DNA of 62,872 bases, the filler included, from Dugesia japonica (lineage: Eukaryota), in NCBI GenBank assembly GCA_001938525.1. It is 6 parts of 6 records of this genome, joined end to end, with 100 filler letters (N's around TTAATTAATTAA, not from the genome) between each part and the next. Parts side by side here need not be neighbours in the genome. Positions count along the whole stretch, not along the records: positions 49,742 to 62,872 come from MQRL01557465.1; 5 more parts are not named here. One strand, written 5' to 3'. Position numbers and translations under genes: made by a program. Every line of letters starts with the position of its first letter. Positions within the stretch are counted from its first letter, which is position 1. The notes under the pieces were generated by a model. It had not been told where the DNA came from and made no database searches. It saw only the letters and a list, made by a program, of their open reading frames with translations. This document shows, piece by piece, positions 52,837 through 62,872 of this stretch.

Positions 52837-53125
52837 CAAAGATGTTGAAAGTGGCCACCATTTTGCGCTAGGCAAGACTCAATACATGTTATTGAAAACG
52901 TTGACCAATGTTAAATAAATTCCGTGGTGTATTGTTCCAGTTCCCGTAGAGTATGAGGATTTCTTGTGAACACAGAATCTTTTAGAGAGGCGAAAAGAAA
53001 ATAATCGGAGGTGTGAGGTCCAGGCTACGTGGCGGCCATAAGTCTTTTTTGATCATGCGATGGTTAAATAGGGCTGTCAAGTGATTCATTGTGTGACGAC
53101 TTGTGTGACTTGTTGCAGAATCCTG
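52837..53125 (-). mobile_element. Tc1/mariner-superfamily transposase C-terminus
   Basis: WPPRSLDLTP.DYFLF.SLKDSV...P.TL.EL...CL.QNGGHFQHL. Confidence 0.8.
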
Positions 53126-54428
53126 TTGNNNNNNNNNNNNNNNNNNNNNNNNNNNNNNNNNNNNNNNNNNNNNNNNNNNNNNNNNNNNNNNNNNNNNNNN
53201 NNNNNNNNNNNNNNNNNNNNNNNNNNNNNNNNNNNNNNNNNNNNNNNNNNNNNNNNNNNNNNNNNNNNNNNNNNNNNNNNNNNNNNTTCACAAACTTACA
53301 ACTACCAATTGAAACTTACAATGACATTAAAAATTTCGAGTCAACTTTTATACTGATATAAGTTTCGATTGTATAAGCTTCGATCAAAGTTTTTTTTGAT
53401 TTTGATAATGATTCGAATTTTGAAAAGTAAATTCCAGACGAAGAAAAGGTCGAAAATTTGAATAATTATAAAAAACAAAAAACTTTTGACCGAAGCTTTT
53501 ATTTTAATGAATTAAATAATGTACCTATATTTTATAATTTGTTTAAACGAAAAGAGAATTTATAAATTTCTTAATTTGATAGAAATCGTCTATAATTATT
53601 TATCATAAATAGGTCTCAAAAACCACTTGAATTCAGTAGCAGATATTTTTTCATTTTACTTTGAATGAAATAAATCTTTTAACATGTTTACATATTGAAA
53701 AATTGTCAAAATAAGTAACAGTTAGAATCTACAATTATCTCGGTTTTGAATTCCGATAAATTTTTCCTAATAGAAATTTTATTTAGACTTAAAGAATTTA
53801 TATATTTTTTATATATTTTTTTTAAATGATAATTAATTAAATACGTAAAATTTCAAATAAAACAATTATTTTCAAGTTCAAAATATTAATTTTGTAAATG
53901 AGTGATTTTCAAGGTGGGTTTTATGACCCCCCTAACGGGAGGCCACAGAAAATATTTTAGAAAATCGGGGGCCACAGAGACCAATAAGGTCACAAAAGCT
54001 TAATTTGTTAAAATTAAAAACCAAATAAAAAAAACATTCGCATCTCACAGAAATCAAAAATTTTAAAAACCTTAATTAATAATTTCAATTGACATGTATT
54101 TCATTAATTCATATAAATATATACATACATTTTTTAAAAAAAGTTTCAAAATCTTTGAATATTTATAAACAGATTTTTTTAATACTTTAATATTAATATG
54201 TATATATCAAATAAAGCGCATTCGAAGTACATATAACATTCTATATCCATTCATGGGCAACAGGGATACTCTAAGGAAGACAGGGTCGATAAAAAGTTCA
54301 GCATTCCTTATGCATATGATATTTATTGGTTCAATTACATTGAAAAATTATTAGAAATATTATAGATTGTTAGATGGTCCCACATGATTAGCATTTATTT
54401 CATCAACAAATGAATAATAAAATAAATA

Positions 54429-56300
54429 CAGTCAAACTTGTCTATAAGAAACACTAGAATTGACAAAATAGAACTTGTTCGCTAAAGAGATATAAGAAAC
54501 AATTATGTAAGAATTTTTATTATCCAATGAAATTACAATAAGGTTTTACCTCCTAATTATGTAGTCAAGCATAGTAAGACTTTGTGAATTTCTCTCCGAC
54601 TACAATTCATCTTTGACTTTGTATATTATGTTCAATTTTTCTGGAATATTTTTCAGAAAAATTTTTTCTAATTTTTGAATTGACAAATATGCATCATATT
54701 GAGTTATATCGTCATTTTCAGAGGTCAAATTCTGTACTGGCTCATTTAAAAAGTCACTATCAACTGACTCTAAAATTTCCGTATTAATTTTTGAAATGAA
54801 GTCATCATCGTCATATTCCAATGGATCATATGGCGGAAAGTCATTCTGATCTCTGTTACTAATACTTAGCTCTGTATAATCGATCTGTGCGTTTTTGATA
54901 AAATGGTTGAAGGAATTAATAATTACCTCAGTAGAAACATTGTCCCATGCTTGTATTGTTAAATGAACTGCGTCTATCATTTTAACATTTTTAACTAACA
55001 ATTCGTAATCAGTATTTGTGCTTTCAGATTCAAAAATTAAATTTCGGGACAGAATCATTTTATAAGGCTGCTTAAAAAACCAAATTATAACTTGATCTAA
55101 TGCCAGAATTTCGGAAGAATGCTTTGGTGGTATGTACAATATATCAATATTGGAAAACTTAATCCACACAGGATGGACTGGTGCATTAGCCATAATCAAA
55201 AGAATTTTCCTTTGGTCTTTAATTAAAGATTGATTGAATGTTTTCAACCAATTACAAAAAATATCTAAAGTCATCCAGGATTTTTTTTTGAATAAACGTA
55301 CTTTAAACCCAATTTCTGAAAATCAAGATTTTTGAATCCACGTGGGTTTCTCGCGGACCCTATCATTGACGGATTCGAATTTTCATATATTTTTTTATAT
55401 TTAACGTGAAAAAAATATATTTACGCAAAATAATATAGTTAATTTTTCTATTGATAATCGTCCAATGGTTCTGTCATCATTTCCTATAGTGAGAGTTCTG
55501 CTTGGAGTACATTTATAAAATAAGCCTGTTTCATCACAGTTGTAAACATTCCGAGGTTCATATTCTAATAACTTTTTACAAAATAAATCTTTGAAATTAC
55601 AAATTGTTGTTTAATCTACTAGGGATTCCTCGCCAACAATTGCTTTGCTAACAGTATTATGACGCTTTTTAAAGGACATAAGCCAACGAGAAGATGCCGT
55701 AAAAGACTGTATTTGAAAAATACCGGCTAATCTAAGAGCCATAGCTCTCACAATATCATCAGTTACAGTAATGTGTTTATTGAGTTTCATATTAAATCAC
55801 TCCAACAGCTTGGAATCAATTTCTTAATTTCTTCAAATTTATTTGCTTTGATTTGTAATCATTTTCTCATTTTTCAAAATCTTGTTAATGACTGCAAGAG
55901 GCATTTTAAACTTGCTGCTCAATCGTCTTTGTGTATACATAGGATGACATCCAAAAAAATTAATTACATCTAACTTTTCTTCAATAAAATATGCTCTCCT
56001 TTTAATTTCTGACCTTTTATTCATTAGAAAATTTAGAATTAATAAAGTAATTTTAAAAAATGTAATAAAATTGTTTTATGAAAACAAAGTATGTTTCTTA
56101 TACAATTCTAATTTCTATTAAAATGTATACATTTTTTCATAAAATCGTGTTCACTGTTCGTAACAAGCAATGTTTTTTAAAAATTTCAAATTTCTACCGT
56201 TTAGTATATATGTTTTAAAATTTAATTATAATAATTGTTCCTTAAAAGATTTGTCTCTTATATACAATGTTTCTTATATACAATCAACATCTTAAAATTA
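54429..56300 (-). mobile_element. Tigger/pogo (CENP-B-like) transposon with a decayed transposase (54600-56024)
   Basis: EEKLDVI HTH; FTASSRWL.SFKKRH.....IVGES; YNCDETGLFYK; WMTL.IF..WL; LLIM.NAP.H; TA|CAGTC terminus at 54429; the other end is approximate. Confidence 0.88.
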
Positions 56301-59118
56301 AATTAAAATTTTTAATAAAAATACTGTTTGGATCGAAAAATTATAGAAAATACATAGAAGTGTAATAGTAAAATATTAATAAAATTAAACGCTACCTTTA
56401 GTAACAAATGAAACTGCTTCTTGAAAAATTTTTTAACCAACCAATGTTTAAGTCAAATTAACGTTAGTATTTGTTAAAATATTTTGTCATTTGCAAATAC
56501 CACAATTTCTACAGATCTCTCAGTTAATTGAAAAACAGTACATAACGGATTCGAGATTACACTTTCCGCAAATAAATAATCGGTTTCAAATTAGAAGGTT
56601 CCATCGTTTGAAGCAAACAATTTTAATTTTAAGATTTAATTATTAATAAGGCGTCGATCCTATCAACACCCAATTTCGTGTAATAGATTTGCTGCAAAGA
56701 GAGATAATGAATGACGTTCATCCATTTGGTTGAAATTTGTTGACCTCAGTAGGAAATCTTCGTCGAAATTCCAATATTGTTGTTAAGTAGTACAATCACT
56801 AACATTATCGAACTTTACGTTAGGAATTCTTCGTTATGACTCCGCTATGACTGGGGGTTGCATTTGGGAGATGAAAAATTGAGAAATTATGTTCCAGAAA
56901 TCAACTGAATGTTAGTTGAAAATTGATTGAACATTAATTAAATAANGTTGAGGATGGACTAATCATTGAGTCGATTTTTGGTAGTAAAAATCCATGTTTT
57001 CAGTCCCTATGAGATAGTAGTGCATGTAAACACCCCTACTATCCCGCTTTGCCAACATATAACAAATGCTTACAAAATTTATATGTTTTCGTGATGAAAA
57101 ATCTTTTTTAATTTTTTAAAATTGGATAGTTTAATCTTTACAAAATCTTTTTAATTTTTAAAAAAATAATCTAGTGCTCTAATACAATCAAATTTGATAT
57201 TTACGCACGCCGAATGTGTAGGTACACATTTTGATGCTATTTTATTTTAATGTACCAAGTGTACTAATTGATATTCACAGAAAACACTTTTAGCACTCAA
57301 CAGCACACTAAGCTTATTGATGTTTACTTTTTAGAATCGAAATGCTGCTAACGAGGTAGAACTAAAATTCCATCCATATATTGTCTAAAGAACTTGTGAT
57401 GTAAAGTGCTTTGTTCTCGATATAAATAGTAGCGCATGTAAATATATGCAATACACATGCAAGGCGAATACAAAAAATCAAAATTACTTCATTGAAACAA
57501 ATTAAATCGATACTTGTTTATTAGACAATATATAAGTAGTTGTTAATTCTATCGGTTTGTAACAAAAAAATCTATAGTTGTAATGTGAACATTTTTCTGT
57601 AACTGTTTTTTGATAATTATGGATTTTAATTTTAAAATATCAATTTTATAAATATCATTGAAAAATCTGTGTTCACATTACACATTCAATGATGCTTTAG
57701 TTGTTGTAATCGGATAATAAATATAATCACACGAGCAATTATACATAACTTGTATAATAAATGAGTTAATTAAAATAATAAAATAGTAAAAATAGGTAAA
57801 ATATAAAAGATAGAAACATAGAAATAAAATAGTTTGACACTAGTTCTTTAGACAATGTATGGTTACTTTTTAATTCTATATCTGATGGTATTTCCAACTT
57901 GATTACTGCAATTGAAAGAATTTCACTGTATACTGTGTTTTAAAGAAAATTAAACAGTTTTTGTCAAATATTGATTTGAGGTTTGACTTAATTATTTGAT
58001 TCAATTACATATTCAACGCTACCACGTTTGTCACAATCGGATTATAACTAAAAAAACCTTGAACACTTTTTTCGCAAATGCGCGATGAAATCATCAGGCT
58101 TTTACCAGGGCTACTTTCTATCTACTCAGATGAAATCGCCGAAGCAGCCAGAAAAATTATACTTCATCAAAAAATGGTGTTATCAAGCATGATATGTATC
58201 AACCATAAAATATTGCAACTATTACCTGTAAAAGAAAAGGTTTATAATTCAAAAGTTACTACCATAAAACTTAAAAAGTTGTTATCCGCCATTTACTATA
58301 TCAAGTAACAATTTTAAATGATAACCGCAAATTCATCAAAAATATTTTTATTAATGAATTAAAAATAATTTTTTCTTAGTTTAATTTTATTTTTTAATCC
58401 TTTAAAGTTTAGTATATTTTGTCAGATCATTATAGAATTTTTAGACTAGCAAAATTTCATTTATTAACCGTCATTCTTTGACGGATGATACCTAGTTTAA
58501 TTATTAAAATTAAAATAAAAACTTTCAGTTAAAATAATAAAAAGTCTTTTAGCGCTAATATCAGAAAAATTTGATAAAAATTTCAATCAATTTTATATAT
58601 AGCTCTATTAATTAAAAATATAATATACCAAAAATAATATAATATATAAATAATATATAAAAATAAAGTATATTGTTTTCACTAATTACTTGTGATCTTA
58701 CAATTTACTCAATATTATTGATTTATATTTTAGTTTATTTGATTTTTAATTTTCCCGCTTTTGATAAACATTTATTCATTACAAAAAAAATTAGAATCTC
58801 TAAATAAAATGTAATTAGAAAAATTAAGTTTAATAAATAAATATCAATTTTTAATAATTAAAATTAAATCCCAAAATTAATGTTTAGTTGACGGATTCAA
58901 CATCTCTCCTGGACTTTTGAGATGAGATTATTTTATTGATTCTTTATTGAGATTGCACAAATAAATTTACATTTTGTCATTTTAAACTTTATAAATAGTC
59001 TATTTTAATGATTTTTCAGTAGCCTGATGATCATAATTATTCCGTAGAAATTATTTGCAAATAAATATGTTTTCAATAAAATAAAATCTTCTAACAAATT
59101 ATTTTTGTTTTTGATAAT

Positions 59119-59153
59119 ATTTCGAATTTTCGACTTTGTCTTCGTCAGGAATT
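59119..59153 (-). ncRNA. Minimal type-I hammerhead ribozyme-like motif in a dispersed repeat (related copies at 48608-48642, 53430-53464, 4701-4738)
   Basis: AAUUC-CUGACGA-A-GAC AAA GUC-GAAA-AUUC-GAAAU: intact catalytic core, stem II and palindromic AAUU stem III. Confidence 0.5.
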
Positions 59154-59414
59154 GACTTTTTTTGAAGCTTTTATTTTAATGAATTCTGTAAAACGATCAA
59201 TGACTACGTCCAACAATTATTCTTGCAATAATTGCAATTGTAAAAAAAATCAATATGCTGTTAAATTATGTACTTTTATTTTTATGAAAAGGTTGCCAAT
59301 GTTTTTTGAGATTTTATATCGTAATAATTATTAAATTAAATAAATCATTAAATATCTATTATAGTATTTTCAATGATTATTAGTTTATCAATTTATTTCT
59401 TACAATTAATTCAG

Positions 59415-59586
59415 GTATGAGAATTCTCGTAATGTTGTTGCTAGATACATTACCAATGCTGGGAAATGTTCTTTTACTTTGTTTCTTTGTGTTTTTCATT
59501 TTCGGAATAGTTGGAGTACAAATGTGGCAAGGAATTCTTCGGAATCGATGCTATCTACATCTCAATAGTTCATATCGACATCCTGG
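59415..59586 (+). CDS. Cav3: Internal exon of a T-type voltage-gated calcium channel alpha1 subunit (Cav3; CACNA1G/H/I family), domain I S4-S5 linker and S5
   Basis: ttcAG|GT ATG...CCT GG|GTaaaag; [45 protein letters not shown] is near-identical to the Cav3 IS5 signature; no stops. Confidence 0.96.
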
Positions 59587-60849
59587 GTAAAAGAAAACTT
59601 GATTTACATATTTTCTTTATTTTTATTAATAGAAATTGTAAATTTATTTATTTTATTTATAATTAAAATTTATTTATAACTACTACTTATTAAAAGCTTT
59701 GTCATTTTTGTTTTCATTTACGAAGATTAAAGAATATAAATTATTGATAATATATAATTAGTGGGCAAATCGAAGTCCACGAACTGCTTAATGGCGGTCA
59801 GTGAGAAGTCTTTCTAAATAAAATTTATCAATCTTATTTACGTATACAACATTATATATATATACAAAGGATATAATTATATAATAAGTAATACAATATA
59901 ACAATTATACCACATACTTTCAATTTTGTAACATCTATGAGTTTGTAGTGGTCTGATTGGGGGATGCTTATTACCATATTATTCGAAGTTATCAACAGTA
60001 AGTTTCCGATGTTTTATATTAATACAGAAAATCTATAATACCGAACTATTATTATAATACAGAACTAATACTAAAAACTATTAATAAAGAAAAACTATTT
60101 TAGAAAAATATAGAATGGTCCCCTAGTAACAAAAGATTGGCAACTACCTGTATAAAAATGACTCAAAAAATGATGAAGGCTTTTTAGTACTGATATTATT
60201 TATAAATAGATCCCACCTTCTCTTAGAAAACTATGAATAAAATTGCTGACCATTTTATAATACAATTTCCTTTAATTGACATTACTTATTTTCTCTTCTG
60301 TACAAATTTATCATGATTTTCTTTTTATTTTCTTAATTATATTTAAATGGCTATTTGTTTTTATTTCAGTAATAAATTTAATTTGTGACATTTATAATTT
60401 TTTATTAACATTTTGTTTGTTAATTCTTACATTTTAATTATTAATTCAGGCTTGATTTCTTTATTTTGTCATTTCTTGCTGGCAGTACGATTTAGCTTTT
60501 CGTTAATTTCAGATATGCTTCTACGTTTTTATTCCTTTTTTATTCTTTTTTTTTAAAATTCATCACAATGTATAAAATGTATAATTTTTGATGATTTTGT
60601 ATCAATTTATGGACTNNNNNNNNNNNNNNNNNNNNNNNNNNNNNNNNNNNNNNNNNNNNNNNNNNNNNNNNNNNNNNNNNNNNNNNNNNNNNNNNNNNNN
60701 NNNNNNNNNNNNNNNNNNNNNNNNNNNNNNNNNNNNNNNNNNNTTTATTTTTTAGTTTTTAATTTAAAATTGATATTAATTGTAATTATTTATTTTTTTA
60801 AGAAAATGATAATTATAATTATAATATAGTGTTTGTAATAATCAAATCT

Positions 60850-61035
60850 TAAATAATAACTATTATTATAATTATAATAATAACAATAATTGTTATAATA
60901 ATAATAATATTAATAATATTAATAGTTATAATAAAAATAATCATTATAATAAAGATAATAAAAATATAAATAATAATAATAATAANNNNNNNNNNNNNNN
61001 NNNNNNNNNNNNNNNNNNNNNNNNNNNNNNNNNNN

Positions 61036-61074
<39 letters not shown>

Positions 61075-61075
61075 T
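60850..61075. repeat. (AAT)n microsatellite
   Basis: Direct observation. Confidence 0.9.
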
Positions 61076-61089
61076 AACTTGGTCCGATG

Positions 61090-62872
61090 AGACACATCGT
61101 GTCTTTGCCCAGCAAGACAGCTTTGAGTCCTTCTAAAATGTCTATTATTTTTAAAAATGTAAATTTGCTTGTGTAAGTTACAAATTTCTCGTTATTAGAT
61201 AGCCCTTCTTATCGTGCACTTCTTCATCGTTCACTTCTTCAAATTCTCCACTGTCTTTCCATATACCTCATTATTTAATAGTTTGTAGGAATTCTTTTCA
61301 AATATGAACTTCTATTCCGCTCTTCTCACCTAATTTTGCATTAATATAATTGGTAAATATTTCGGTTTATTTAAACATTACTACAATCACAATAGCTCCA
61401 CGTTTTATATTTAATTTGAATAATTGATAATTTATCACATAATGTTATTTTGGCTTATATGTTCGCAACGACGTTTTGATTTTAGATCCAGATGGACATT
61501 TATGATATAGAGCCAAAGATAATTGATCTAACTAATAAGTATTTCAAAATCAATTTCAATCAGGTATTCAATCATTATATTGTTGTTGGTCAAAATCTTC
61601 TGATATGTTTCTTGAATCGGATTTTCTGTGTAAAGGCCCAATCATTTATGTTATTTATGTAAATCAGTGAGGTGTTCTCATCATCTGCACATAATACATT
61701 TTCCACGAATTCCTAAATAGTCGATGCATTTCCACACCCTAGATTATCTCTATTGACCTAGAAATCGACTTAANNNNNNNNNNNNNNNNNNNNNNNNNNN
61801 NNNNNNNNNNNNTAATAGTTCAAATTTGTGCTCTTCAACTGCTTTTTGCAAAATATTTGAAATAAATCAGCTAACAAGTATAGTTTCAGTTATATATAAC
61901 ACACCATGTATTCCAGCAAGTTATAGCTTCATGATTCGATCCATGCAAACTTTGCTATTTCATATGCTACAATTCGTTTTAGTGTTGGGGACTCTCTTTG
62001 ATTTATGAACATTTCATATGAAGTTCCAAATTTTTATAAAGGAATTTACCCTTGCTTTGTTGTCCATGCGAAAATTCAGTTAATGTTATTGAACAGCTTT
62101 TAAGGATTGATGTCAATGATGATAAACCAGAACTGAAAAACTGGGGTGAATAATTAAACCGTATTTTTAATACACCATTTCTAACATAGTAGATGTCCTA
62201 TAGACAATTTTTAGGTAATTTTTCATTCTGAGTCAAATTATATCAAGAATATTATCAGTATAAATAATTATTGTTATAACTACTGTCATTATATAAACAG
62301 AATGAAAAAAGCTTTTCATTCTGATTCCAATGGTATCAAAATATTTAAAAAAATATTTTCACAAATTAATTTTAATATAATACACTTTAATAAATTCGAT
62401 TTTTTCAAGTTTTATAGAGTTTCATATAAGGAATATTATCAAATAGTAGATGTCCTATTATTTAAATAACAGGTGGGAAAATATTTTAAAATACACCTAC
62501 TATTTGATTACAATTACTATTTGGTGCTTTTGTAAAAAATTTGTAAAATAAAAAAAAAAGATATAATTCATCAATGATAACAAAAGCATCATTTTCAAAC
62601 ATTTCTTCATTGTCACTGAGATTATTTTATTTTTTGGTTTCCGACAAATATCTTTCAGCGAAACCTTCACCATACACATCATGTTTTGATATATGCCATT
62701 CAGAATAATTGGCAGAAAACCTTGCTGCATTAATCGACCTTTAAATCTTAATGGATAATTCATCCCATGCACGACTGACCCAATAAATCACAATATCAGG
62801 CGAGAGGCCTAGAATTACCAGCTCTTGTGTATTGAACCAAATCTAAATATTGTTTTTATTGTAAAAATAAAA
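61090..62872 (-). mobile_element. Polinton/Maverick protein-primed DNA polymerase B remnant
   Basis: FEKNSYKLLNNEVYGKTVENLKK (motif B, KLxxNxxYGK); QFFSSGLSSL; YLLADLFQIF; heavily frameshifted. Confidence 0.75.

Overview
Very AT-rich, repeat-dense animal DNA. The transposon mix and (ATT)n tracts are most like a triclad flatworm, but that is inference. The window is not one contiguous locus: five N-TTAATTAATTAA-N linkers (all-frame stop spacers) join six ~8-13 kb pieces, so adjacency across linkers is unreliable. The only clear host coding sequence is one exon of a T-type (Cav3) calcium channel at 59415-59586; a possible permuted papain-like gene lies at ~28.7-29.05 kb. The rest is mostly decayed mobile DNA: nested small-LTR Ty3/Gypsy copies with TA...CA termini, Merlin, hAT, mariner/Tc1, Tigger, Zator-like, Penelope, LINE and Polinton remnants. 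Two structures stand out. (1) A minus-strand LTR retroelement 3' end (880-bp TGTTG...CAACA LTR at 34260-35139 with its PPT) carries an intronless cargo cassette: a membrane protein, a ~715-codon protein with an ISG20/REXO4-like exonuclease fold, and an RNF10/Mag2-like RING E3 ligase. A sister 5' LTR with a tRNA-Phe-like PBS lies at 32111-33025. (2) A Gypsy-type pol remnant has a chuvirus-type (class III) fusion glycoprotein upstream of, and apparently continuous with, pol (13.9-18.2 kb). All family assignments come from manual translation and remembered motifs, not database searches.
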